DNA of 64,000 bases from Patescibacteria group bacterium (GTDB lineage Bacteria; Patescibacteriota; Patescibacteriia; JAHJFT01): assembly GCA_028710985.1 (NCBI GenBank), contig JAQTTB010000001.1:88021-152020 (forward strand), written 5' to 3'. The position numbers and the translations under genes were made by a program. The notes beneath the pieces were generated by a model. It had not been told where the DNA came from and did not search any database. It saw nothing but the letters and a program-made list of their open reading frames with translations. Below are positions 35,303 to 43,884 of this stretch, one piece after another (positions within the stretch are counted from its first letter, which is position 1; each line of letters opens with the position of its first letter).

Positions 35303-37105
35303 CTATCGTTGCTTTACCGGAAAACTCTGACAGGCTCCGGTTGAACGTGAATTTGACGGCTGTTCATCGCAACACCACGGTGCTCCATCCCGATCCTTGG
35401 GACAACCGGGCGTCGCGGCCGGGCTGAAACAATTTTGATAAACATCTTTAACGTCAGAAAATATTTCCGGATAATATTCGGTTTCTTCAAGGAATAAACC
35501 GTGGCGCATACTGGTCAGCGTATGATGAGGAACAAGTTCTCCTTCGGCCGCAAGACCGTCTTCAGTCAAATTCTCGGAATCAAATGAATACCAGATCGCA
35601 AACTCATCTTCCTGATTATCTCCGAGCAGAATATTGGATGAATTCAAACCCGAAAAACTCATGAGCGTATCCCAGATAATTTCAACCGGCAAATCCGGCG
35701 CTACCACGCCTTCGCCGGCTGAAGGATTTACCGACACCACCGACGGCGGTTCAATCAGCACGTTATCCGTCGTTCTGAAAGTCCAAAGATAATTGTCCGT
35801 TGATGGCCCTTCGGCCGTGCCGTTGCCGTTTCCGTCAAGAGAATTGCCCGCCATATCAACCACGCCGTTATACGGGAATATCGCGGCCGGCGCCTCATCC
35901 GACGCCATGCTTGCCGCCTTGACCGTCACGCCAATGTCCGCGTTCCCCGGCAGGCAGAATACCTCTCCACCGCATGAATTAGTGCCGCAAGACTCATCCG
36001 ATAAAAATTCCACAGTTTTGTATTCATTGGAAATGCTGAATGTGCCGAGAATAATTCCGCCGCCCTCGGCCATGAGATTGCTGAAGCGACTCGTATGGCC
36101 GGTCGCGGATGTCGGGTCCACCGGTTCGGAAAAATTAATCTGAATAACCACGTTTTTGGGATATTCCTCGCTCGCGCGCGGGAATACGCTTCTTACTTCC
36201 GGCGGCGTCAAATCCACAAAAGTGCTCACCTGAAAATTCCACTGGTAACCGTCGCTCATTGAGCCCTGAAACGCATCATCACCCTCTGCATCTTTGATAT
36301 TCGGCCCGAGCGAAACGGTATAGGAAACATTTTCACTCGCCGAACCGAGCCACTCGACGGGCTGAAAAACAAAAGTTTTCAAATCGTCCGTGAACCGCAC
36401 GCACGCGCCGGTTTCGCGAAGCGCGCTTCCCTCTCCGTCGGCCGTCCTGTATATCTTGACGTTCGCGCCGTTAAGCAAGTCACTCGCCGTGTCGTCGCTC
36501 ACATCAAGCGGCGTATCATTGTCATCGTAGCCGGAAATAAACGATTCAATGGACATTTCTTTTTTAAAAGTCACGAGTATCCTGGTATTTCGCGGAATAT
36601 CGGTCGCCCCGCGCGCCGGATAATGATAGCTGATCACGCCGTTGCCAAGCGCGCTTGAGAACTGCTCGTATGTCGCCGGCGGCCCGGACGGCCCGCCTCC
36701 GGGACCAAAAATTCCGCCCTCACCCAAGAGCGCGGAAAATACAAAATAGGTAATCGCCCAGGACATAAGAATGATTGCAAGCCCGATCGCCGCGTTGGTC
36801 AAAACCTTTTTCGCTTTTTCTACCCTTTCTTCAACTCCGCCGGCCGTCATCCATAAAAATCCTCCGTACAGCGTGAGAGACAAAGCGATCACCGCGAGCA
36901 AACCGAGAGCGACATTGATAATCCGCGCGACAATCACCCGGATATCGGTCTGCGACGCGCCGATGGCTTCGCCGACCGGCTCCAAACCCACATCAACCGC
37001 TCCGACTATCGTCGGAGTCGCGAAAATAAAAAAGAACGCAAAGCTTATTACTAAAACAAATATAAGCCTCGCGTTCTTCTCGAAATTTTGTTTTCCTTTC
37101 CGCAT
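35303..37105 (-). CDS. 600-aa paralog of the giant protein's N-terminal region: the same pilin-like two-helix module and Gly-rich linker, followed by about three Ig-like domains.
   Basis: AVDVGLEPVGEAIGASQTDIRVIVARIINVALGLLAVIALSLTLYGGFLWMTAGG...KKVLTNAAIGLAIILMSW aligns residue-for-residue with the giant protein's N-terminus. Its stop codon abuts the giant gene's ATG. Confidence 0.75.
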   Translation of the reverse strand: MRKGKQNFEKNARLIFVLVISFAFFFIFATPTIVGAVDVGLEPVGEAIGASQTDIRVIVARIINVALGLLAVIALSLTLYGGFLWMTAGGVEERVEKAKKVLTNAAIGLAIILMSWAITYFVFSALLGEGGIFGPGGGPSGPPATYEQFSSALGNGVISYHYPARGATDIPRNTRILVTFKKEMSIESFISGYDDNDTPLDVSDDTASDLLNGANVKIYRTADGEGSALRETGACVRFTDDLKTFVFQPVEWLGSASENVSYTVSLGPNIKDAEGDDAFQGSMSDGYQWNFQVSTFVDLTPPEVRSVFPRASEEYPKNVVIQINFSEPVDPTSATGHTSRFSNLMAEGGGIILGTFSISNEYKTVEFLSDESCGTNSCGGEVFCLPGNADIGVTVKAASMASDEAPAAIFPYNGVVDMAGNSLDGNGNGTAEGPSTDNYLWTFRTTDNVLIEPPSVVSVNPSAGEGVVAPDLPVEIIWDTLMSFSGLNSSNILLGDNQEDEFAIWYSFDSENLTEDGLAAEGELVPHHTLTSMRHGLFLEETEYYPEIFSDVKDVYQNCFSPAATPGCPKDRDGAPWCCDEQPSNSRSTGACQSFPVKQR

Positions 37106-37137
37106 GGGAAGAAAGGATTAATTTTTATAAAGCCTAT

Positions 37138-37596
37138 TTACTTTGCAATTTCTTCTTCGACTAGGCGTTTTACTGTTCCTCCGTCGGCCCGGCCGCCGGT
37201 CTCTTTCATCACTGCGCTCATAATACGTCCAAAGTCCGCAGCCGTTACCTCGCCGGCTTCCATAATTTTATTCTTGATAATCTTTTTGAGCTCTTCTTCT
37301 CCCATTTCTTCAGGAAGATATACCGAAAGTATATCAATTTCTTTTTGATTCTTTTCCACTAAATCATCACGGCCGCCGGCCTTAAATTCCGCCATTGCCT
37401 CTTTGAGTTGCTTAACCTGCATCTTTATTATTTTCATCACCCCGTCATCCGAAAGTGCGGCGTTGCGGTCAAGCCGCTCGGCGATTATCGCGTTTTTAAT
37501 CGCGGAATTTAAAAAACGAAGAGTAGAAAGACGCTCCTCGTTCTTTTCTTTTAACGCGGCTACCAAATCCTGATTTATTTTTTCATGGAGAGACAT
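37138..37596 (-). CDS. yqeY: GatB/YqeY domain protein.
   Basis: LKEAMAEFKAGGRDDLVEKNQKEIDILSVYLPE... is typical of YqeY. Confidence 0.75.
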   Translation of the reverse strand: MSLHEKINQDLVAALKEKNEERLSTLRFLNSAIKNAIIAERLDRNAALSDDGVMKIIKMQVKQLKEAMAEFKAGGRDDLVEKNQKEIDILSVYLPEEMGEEELKKIIKNKIMEAGEVTAADFGRIMSAVMKETGGRADGGTVKRLVEEEIAK

Positions 37597-37612
37597 GCGC
37601 CTGAATTAAAGA

Positions 37613-37861
37613 TTAGCGATATCGGCGATACGCCTTTTCCAGTTCTTCTCTAATCTGGCCGGTCTTGATGAGATAATCTCTTTTTTTGCGCAGAGACTCG
37701 CGCCGTAGCGCGCTCGCCTTTCTTTTTGTGTAGCTCTTATTTTCCGGCCTAAATCTGACCTTCTTTGCCTGAAGAATCTTTCCGCTCTGTTGAACACGGC
37801 GCGAGAAACGCCGAACTAGCGTTTCGAAGCTTTCGCCCCGCCGCCTTTTAACTTCTGCCAC
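37613..37861 (-). CDS. rpsU: Ribosomal protein bS21.
   Basis: Basic 82-aa protein: VRFRPENKSYTKRKASALRRESLRKKR. Confidence 0.8.
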   Translation of the reverse strand: MAEVKRRRGESFETLVRRFSRRVQQSGKILQAKKVRFRPENKSYTKRKASALRRESLRKKRDYLIKTGQIREELEKAYRRYR

Positions 37862-37920
37862 AAATTTTCACCTTCCTTTCACGATTATTTTAGTAATTTT
37901 AGCCCAAAAAGTCAAACGAC

Positions 37921-39270
37921 TTATTCAGTTCCCTGCCCGAGCTTTTTCAGAACCTCGCGGACCGCCTTTTTCTGGTCAACGATTTCCTGGATGCCAGCCT
38001 CCATGTCCCGAATTAGAATTGTGCCGTCCAACACCTCTTTTTGACCTAAGATTAGCGAAAATTTAACTCCGAGACGATTGGCAACTTCAAGCTGGGCTTT
38101 GAGCGAATCCTTGGAAAAAGCTTCAGACAACTTGATGCCTGCCCGGCGAAAATCTTCAAAAAGGCTGATTGCCTTGATACGCGCCTGTTCGCCAAGCTGG
38201 GCAAAAAATATTTTGGGCACTTCATACTCAGGAACCGGGATATTTTTGTCTTTGAGATGACTCACCACTCTCTCCACCCCGATCGCGAATCCGCAGGCCG
38301 GGGTTGGCCGACCGCCCAGAGTTTCAACCAATAAATCGTATCGCCCGCCGCCGCCCAACGCCGACTGGCGCAATTCCTCATCTTCATCCTCAGACCATAT
38401 TTCAAAAACCGTACGGGTATAGTAATCCAGTCCGCGAACTAAGAATGGGTTAAGAATATACGGAACTTCGGCCTCATCCAGGCATTCAAGCACTTTCATG
38501 AAATGATTTTTACTATCCTCGTCCAGCCAATCCACGATCTGAGGCGCCTCGCCCCTAATCCCCTGGCAGCCGGGCTCCTTGCAGTCCAAAAGACGCAACG
38601 GATTTTTGTTCAGCCGTTTCTTGCATTCCTCGCACAACTGGCCGCGGTGCGCCCGGTAATAATTAACCAGCTCAACCTTGAACGCCTGCCTTGACTCCGG
38701 CATGCCCAGGCTGTTTATCTGCACCGTTACCGGCAGGCCCAGTTCTTTAAAAAAATTGTAAGCAATGACAATAAGTTGGGCATCAACCACCGAACTCGCT
38801 TCGCCGACTGCCTCAAGCCCAAACTGGTGAAATTCCCGATAGCGACCGGACTGCGGCCGGTCGTGGCGGAACATCGGCCCCCAATACCATAGTTTGACCG
38901 GCTGCGGCAAATTGAGCATGCCGTGATTGACGTACGCCCGGACGATTGAAGCCGTTGCCTCGGGACGCAATGAAACGTTGTCTCCGCTCATATCTTGAAA
39001 AGAATATAGTTCTTTTTCCACAATATCCGTATCGCGGCCCACCGAACGGATGAATAAAGTCGTTTCCTCCAAAACCGGGGTCTCAATTCGGCCATATGAA
39101 TAATCCCGCGCCAATTTACTTATTATATTATAAATGTGGCTCCAGTATTTTTCTTCAGCGGGCAGAACATCCTTCATGCCGCGCAAAAGCTGAGGCATGT
39201 GGCTCTGCCGTTTTGCCGGCACCGCCTTTGGCTTAGCCGGTCCTTTATCAATTTTTGCTTTTTTGACCAT
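37921..39270 (-). CDS. hisS: Histidyl-tRNA synthetase.
   Basis: LRGMKDVLP ... LRPEATASIVRAY ... GGGGRYDLL. An alternative start exists at 39198 (MPQLLRG). Confidence 0.85.
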   Translation of the reverse strand: MVKKAKIDKGPAKPKAVPAKRQSHMPQLLRGMKDVLPAEEKYWSHIYNIISKLARDYSYGRIETPVLEETTLFIRSVGRDTDIVEKELYSFQDMSGDNVSLRPEATASIVRAYVNHGMLNLPQPVKLWYWGPMFRHDRPQSGRYREFHQFGLEAVGEASSVVDAQLIVIAYNFFKELGLPVTVQINSLGMPESRQAFKVELVNYYRAHRGQLCEECKKRLNKNPLRLLDCKEPGCQGIRGEAPQIVDWLDEDSKNHFMKVLECLDEAEVPYILNPFLVRGLDYYTRTVFEIWSEDEDEELRQSALGGGGRYDLLVETLGGRPTPACGFAIGVERVVSHLKDKNIPVPEYEVPKIFFAQLGEQARIKAISLFEDFRRAGIKLSEAFSKDSLKAQLEVANRLGVKFSLILGQKEVLDGTILIRDMEAGIQEIVDQKKAVREVLKKLGQGTE

Positions 39271-39284
39271 ATCCTTGGAAATAT

Positions 39285-39893
39285 TTATATATTATACTCC
39301 GGTGATTGAAACATCTTGAGCTTATTGACCGGCCAGCCGCGCAGCCAAACCCGCCCGACGATATAATCGCGGTTTACCGGCCCGAAACTCCGCGAGTCAA
39401 GGCTCGAACCGCGGTTATCACCCAACACATAATATTCATCGCCTCTTAGTTTTACCTTCTTCTGACCGGCAGTATAGACATTTTCAAGATATTCTTCCTG
39501 CATTTCTGTGCCTTCGGCGTTACCTTCATTATAGACAAATACCTGGCCGTCTTTGATTTCGATTGTTTCATTCGGCAATCCAATCACCCTTTTTATAAAA
39601 TACTGCTTCGGATCGGCCGGATACCGAAAAACAATAATGTCACCGCGATCCGGATCGCCGAGGCGGTAACTCAATTCATCGATAATCAAATATTCGTGAT
39701 CATAAAAATTCGGCTCCATGGAAGCGCCCTTCACGTAAAAAGGCTGTATCAAAAAGTAGCGGATCGGAATAATAATTGCGAGCGAAATCGCCACGACCTG
39801 GACAATCTCAAAAATAAAACCAACTGCAACCGCGGCCGTGCTCTTTGGCCTAAGAATTTCCTCTTCCGGCTTATTTTTCTTAAAAAATCCCAT
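39285..39893 (-). CDS. lepB: Signal peptidase I (LepB, S26 family).
   Basis: GASMEPNF ... GDNRGSSLDSRSFGPV. Start taken at MGFFKKNK; the upstream in-frame segment overlaps tRNA-derived repeats and is rejected. Confidence 0.8.
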   Translation of the reverse strand: MGFFKKNKPEEEILRPKSTAAVAVGFIFEIVQVVAISLAIIIPIRYFLIQPFYVKGASMEPNFYDHEYLIIDELSYRLGDPDRGDIIVFRYPADPKQYFIKRVIGLPNETIEIKDGQVFVYNEGNAEGTEMQEEYLENVYTAGQKKVKLRGDEYYVLGDNRGSSLDSRSFGPVNRDYIVGRVWLRGWPVNKLKMFQSPEYNI

Positions 39894-39935
39894 AAAGTAA
39901 TTTTGATATTTGTTATTCTCGGGCTCGCTCCATGG

Positions 39936-40053
39936 TGGGCAACGTCCCGACCCGTCGGGACGACCTTTCCGAATGATTTTAGACAATGGGCAACGCTGGA
40001 CTCTCCGCCCGAGGCGGACCCGCCCCTGGCGGGGAACCAGCGACCTTTCCGAA
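39936..40053 (-). repeat. Two tandem degenerate copies of the tRNA-Val 3' half (anticodon-stem 3' side through GTTGCCCA). Each follows a 13-nt linker TTGTCTAAAATCA. In each copy the T-arm is replaced or interrupted by a GC-rich hairpin.
   Basis: An 80-nt periodic repeat: cgacctttccgaatgattttagacaatgggcaacgctggactc occurs at 39961-40002 and again at 40041-40082. Confidence 0.6.
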
Positions 40054-40066
40054 TGATTTTAGACAA

Positions 40067-40140
40067 TGGGCAACGCTGGACTCGAACCAGCGACCTTTCC
40101 GATGTGAACGGAACGCTCTAACCAGCTGAGCTAGTTGCCC
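40067..40140 (-). tRNA. tRNA-Val (anticodon CAC).
   Basis: Reverse complement: GGGCAACTAGCTCAGCTGGTTAGAGCGTTCCGTTCACATCGGAAAGGTCGCTGGTTCGAGTCCAGCGTTGCCCA. Confidence 0.85.
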
Positions 40141-40282
40141 GGACGATTATTCCCCAATATATCACGCCGTGAGCTAAAAATCAAGCCGTAAAATATCAGG
40201 AAATTAAGCCATCCGCCACTACTGGAAAAATATCCGGAAATGTACTATAATTTACCCAAAACAACATAATATCCACAAAGCA

Positions 40283-41758
40283 ATGAGCGTCGACCTCCTC
40301 CCGGACAACAAACTCTCCGAATCCAGAAAGGGATTATTTTTTTTCGGCAGAATATTCATTATCGTGCTGATAATCTTTGCAGTAACGGCCGGAGTTTTTT
40401 CTTATAAAATCGTCGCCTCCGAACAAGCGGCCGACGAGGGCATCATGAGCCGCATTTCCCGTTTGCCGGTGTTTAGCGGCCTCAAATTCCTGACCGGCAC
40501 AGCCGAGCGCGGCCTGCGCGGTCAGAACGAAAATCGCATTAATTTTCTTCTGCTCGGAATCGGCGGCGCCGGCCACGAAGGCCCGGATCTCACCGATACG
40601 ATCATCATGGCGAGCCTCCGCCCCTCCGACGGCCGTGTCTCAATGCTTTCCATACCGCGCGATCTTTCCGTGGATATCCCCGGATACGGATGGCGGAAAA
40701 TCAATCATGCCAATGCGTTCGGCGAATGGGACAAAGAAGGCCAGGGCCCGATCCTCGCAAGTCAGGTCGTTTCCAATATCACTGGCCAGCCAATACATTA
40801 CTACGTTCGCGTAGATTTTGACGGCTTCGTTGAATTCATTAACGAAATCGGCGGCATTGATGTTTATGTGGAAAAAAGCTTCACCGATTATTCTTACCCT
40901 AACGGCGATAATAAATACCAGGTTGTATCCTTTGAGGAGGGCCTGCAAAATATGGACGGCGAAGCGGCTTTAAAATTCGTGCGGTCGCGCCATGGCACCA
41001 ACGGCGAGGCTTCGGATTTTGCGCGAAGCCGCCGCCAGCAGCTCGTCATCGCCGCGGTAAAAAACAAAATACTGACGCCGTCGGTTATGCTGAATCCAAA
41101 AAAAATCTTAAGCCTTTATGAATCCGTACAAAAAAGCGTTGAAACGAATCTGACTACCCGCGAAATCTTGCTTCTTGCAAACATTGGATTGCGCGTCGAT
41201 GCGAATAATATCGACAACATCGTACTCGATGCCGGTCCGTCAAGTCCGCTCTACGCCACAAGCATCGACGGCGCCTACATGATATTGCCGCGGGGCGGGA
41301 CCTGGGACAATGTGCGCGCGATCGCCGCCAATATGTTTGAAAAAAATTCCGACGGATCCGCACAGACTTCAACCGGAGCGGCCGGAACCGGAGAGCCGGA
41401 AAAAATCCGCGTTGAAATCCAGAACGGCACTGCTCTTTCCGGCCTCGCCTACTCGGCATCCATGCTGCTCAAAGAAAATAATTTTGAAATCGTAAAAATC
41501 GGCAATGCCGAAAAGCGAGATTTCGCAAAAAGCGTCGTTTTTGATCTGACCCAGGGAAAAAAATCCGAAGATCTTGCCCTTCTGCGCTCGCTACTCGCGG
41601 CCGATGTCTCCATCTCTACCTCGGGCTGGATATTCACATCAACTATCGTACCGAGCGAGGTGACGCTCACTGACGAAAATTCAAAGATTAAAACCACGGC
41701 CGAAAATGTTGATTTTCTGGTTATCCTCGGCATGGAAAGTAAAAATATTCTACAATGA
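40283..41758 (+). CDS. LytR-CpsA-Psr (LCP) family cell-envelope phosphotransferase.
   Basis: N-terminal transmembrane helix. NFLLLGIGGAGHEGPDLTDTIIMASL ... LSIPRDLSVDIPGYG ... FVRSRH. Confidence 0.85.
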   Translation: MSVDLLPDNKLSESRKGLFFFGRIFIIVLIIFAVTAGVFSYKIVASEQAADEGIMSRISRLPVFSGLKFLTGTAERGLRGQNENRINFLLLGIGGAGHEGPDLTDTIIMASLRPSDGRVSMLSIPRDLSVDIPGYGWRKINHANAFGEWDKEGQGPILASQVVSNITGQPIHYYVRVDFDGFVEFINEIGGIDVYVEKSFTDYSYPNGDNKYQVVSFEEGLQNMDGEAALKFVRSRHGTNGEASDFARSRRQQLVIAAVKNKILTPSVMLNPKKILSLYESVQKSVETNLTTREILLLANIGLRVDANNIDNIVLDAGPSSPLYATSIDGAYMILPRGGTWDNVRAIAANMFEKNSDGSAQTSTGAAGTGEPEKIRVEIQNGTALSGLAYSASMLLKENNFEIVKIGNAEKRDFAKSVVFDLTQGKKSEDLALLRSLLAADVSISTSGWIFTSTIVPSEVTLTDENSKIKTTAENVDFLVILGMESKNILQ

Positions 41759-43098
41759 AAAAAAATACAAAAAAGCCGTTGATCGCCATTGTCGGCCGGA
41801 CCAACGTCGGAAAATCCATGCTCTTCAATAAACTTTCCGAGAGCAATAAGGCTTTGGTTTCCGCCATACCCGGCACGACCCGCGACCGCAATTTTGCCGA
41901 CTGCCTCTGGAGAGGCCTCCTGATTCAGATTATTGACACCGGCGGATATGAGCATGGCGGAACCGGATCAATCACCGCGGGCATAAAAAAACAGATTGAA
42001 TCCGCTCTGCGCGATGCGGATCTGATTTTTTTCGTCGCGAGCATTCAGGACGGAGTTTTGCCCGAAGATATAGAATTCGCAAAACTGGTAAAAAAATTCA
42101 ATAAAAAAGTAATCTTTCTTGCCAATAAGTCCGATAATCAGATGCTGTCCGTGCGGGTTCATGATCCCGAATGGCGCCGCCTCAACCTTGGCGTGCCGCG
42201 TCCGATTTCCGCCGCTTCCGGCGTCGGTCTCGGCGACGCGCTGGATGAGGCCTATGCGGTTTTAAAAAAAATAAAACATCCGCCCCAGCCGATTGATAAA
42301 ATCCAGGCCCTGAAGATTGCCGTCATCGGCAAACCGAATGTGGGAAAATCTTCGCTCACGAATTCCCTGCTCGGCGAAGAACGCATGATTGTGTCGGATA
42401 TCGCGTTTACTACCCGCGAACCGCAGGATACGTTCCTCTCGCTTGAGGGAAAAAATTATCTCATCGTTGACACGGCCGGCATCCGCAAACACGCAAAGAT
42501 ACAAAAAGGCCTTGAAACAAAGGGTGTGGAAAAAACCAAAACCGTTGCCGATATTGTTGACATAATTCTTTTTGTTCTGAATATTTCCGAGCCGATCGGA
42601 GTTCAGGACAAAATGCTCGCGAAACTGGTTGCCGAGTCCGGCAAGGGAGTCATCGTCATCGCGAACAAGTGGGATCTGCTCGAGCGCCACGAAGAAATTG
42701 GCGCCCGGATGAACGAATATATTCACGCCCATCTCCCCCATCTCGCCTGGGCGCCGATTAGTTTTATTTCCGCGAAGTCCGGCCGTAATGTACAAAAAAT
42801 ATTATCAATCGCTGAAACGATTCAAAAAGAACGCGAGCGCACGATTCCGGCCGAAGAGCTTGAATCATTTCTTCGGTCCGCGCTCAAACATTCGCGCCCC
42901 ATCGGCGGCGAAGGCATGACCGTCCCCCCGAAAATCTACGGCATGGCGCAAATCGGCATCGCCCCGCCGGAATTTGAAATAGTTGTAAAAACCAAACACG
43001 TCATCCATCCGAATTATCTCAAATACATAGAAAAACGAATGCGCGAAAAATTCGGTTTTCAAGGAACCCCAATTATAGTAAAATCAAGAAGCAGATAG
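41755..43098 (+). CDS. der: Ribosome-associated GTPase Der (EngA).
   Basis: Two G domains (GRTNVGKSMLFNKL; GKPNVGKSSLTNSL) plus a KH-like C-terminal domain. ATGA overlap with the LCP gene's stop. Confidence 0.9.
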   Translation: MKKNTKKPLIAIVGRTNVGKSMLFNKLSESNKALVSAIPGTTRDRNFADCLWRGLLIQIIDTGGYEHGGTGSITAGIKKQIESALRDADLIFFVASIQDGVLPEDIEFAKLVKKFNKKVIFLANKSDNQMLSVRVHDPEWRRLNLGVPRPISAASGVGLGDALDEAYAVLKKIKHPPQPIDKIQALKIAVIGKPNVGKSSLTNSLLGEERMIVSDIAFTTREPQDTFLSLEGKNYLIVDTAGIRKHAKIQKGLETKGVEKTKTVADIVDIILFVLNISEPIGVQDKMLAKLVAESGKGVIVIANKWDLLERHEEIGARMNEYIHAHLPHLAWAPISFISAKSGRNVQKILSIAETIQKERERTIPAEELESFLRSALKHSRPIGGEGMTVPPKIYGMAQIGIAPPEFEIVVKTKHVIHPNYLKYIEKRMREKFGFQGTPIIVKSRSR

Positions 43099-43100
43099 CT

Positions 43101-43652
43101 ATGATTCTTCTCATCGGCCTGGGCAACCCGGGCGCAAAATACAAAAATACTCCGCACAACCTCGGCTTTGACGCGCTCGACCGGCTGTGCCCGGATTTTA
43201 AATTGAATAAAAAATTCAAATCCCAAATCGCCAAAGGCATTTTTCTGGGCCGGGAGATGCTGCTTGCCAAGCCCCAAACATTCATGAACCTCTCCGGCGC
43301 GAGCGTCAGTGCAATTGCGAACTATTACAAAATAAAACCCAAGGATATCTGGGTTTTTCAGGATGATATTGATTTGCCGCTCGGTAAAATCCGGATCAGC
43401 CGAAACGCGTCGGCCGCCGGCCACCGCGGCGTGGAGAGCATTATTGACGCGCTCGGCACAAAGGATTTTGTCCGCTTCCGCCTGGGCGCCAAAACACCGG
43501 CTTCCGAAAAAATTCCGTCCGAGGATTTTGTGCTGAAAAAATTCTCCAAAGCCGACCGCATCAGGGCCGATAAAATGGTCGGCCTCGCGATTGAAGCGGG
43601 TGAAGCCGCGGCCCAATCCGGCCCTCCAGCGGCCATGAATAAATACAATTAA
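43101..43652 (+). CDS. pth: Peptidyl-tRNA hydrolase.
   Basis: MILLIGLGNPGAKYKNTPHNLGF... Confidence 0.9.
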   Translation: MILLIGLGNPGAKYKNTPHNLGFDALDRLCPDFKLNKKFKSQIAKGIFLGREMLLAKPQTFMNLSGASVSAIANYYKIKPKDIWVFQDDIDLPLGKIRISRNASAAGHRGVESIIDALGTKDFVRFRLGAKTPASEKIPSEDFVLKKFSKADRIRADKMVGLAIEAGEAAAQSGPPAAMNKYN

Positions 43653-43659
43653 AAACGCC

Positions 43660-43757
43660 CGCGGTCCTGCCAACAGAAGCCATTTCTTGTAGCTGGATAG
43701 GAGGGGTGCCCAGCACAAGAAAGACCAGTCGGCAGGAACGCGGGAATTTTTTTATTA
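43660..43757 (+). terminator. Long, imperfect nested hairpin (about 90 nt) followed by a T-run; probable pth terminator.
   Basis: cccgcggtcctgcc...ggcaggaacgcggg, then aatttttttatt. Confidence 0.4.
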
Positions 43758-43884
43758 TCGAACCTTAGCACGAATAGCCGTAATTTGTCAAGACCAGCGC
43801 CTCTCTTGACCAACCCGCGCATATACTATAATATATATAATCAAACCGCAATTTTGAATTTTTAATTTTGAATTTTTAATTTTT

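Noticed and set aside
39749-40066. ORFs beginning MSKIIRKGR... (39749..40066, and the extended 39285..39986 start).
   Set aside because: The shared N-terminus is the translation of the 13-nt linker plus tRNA-Val 3'-half repeat (TTG TCT AAA ATC ATT CGG AAA GG). These are artefacts of the repeat array. lepB starts at MGFFKKNK.
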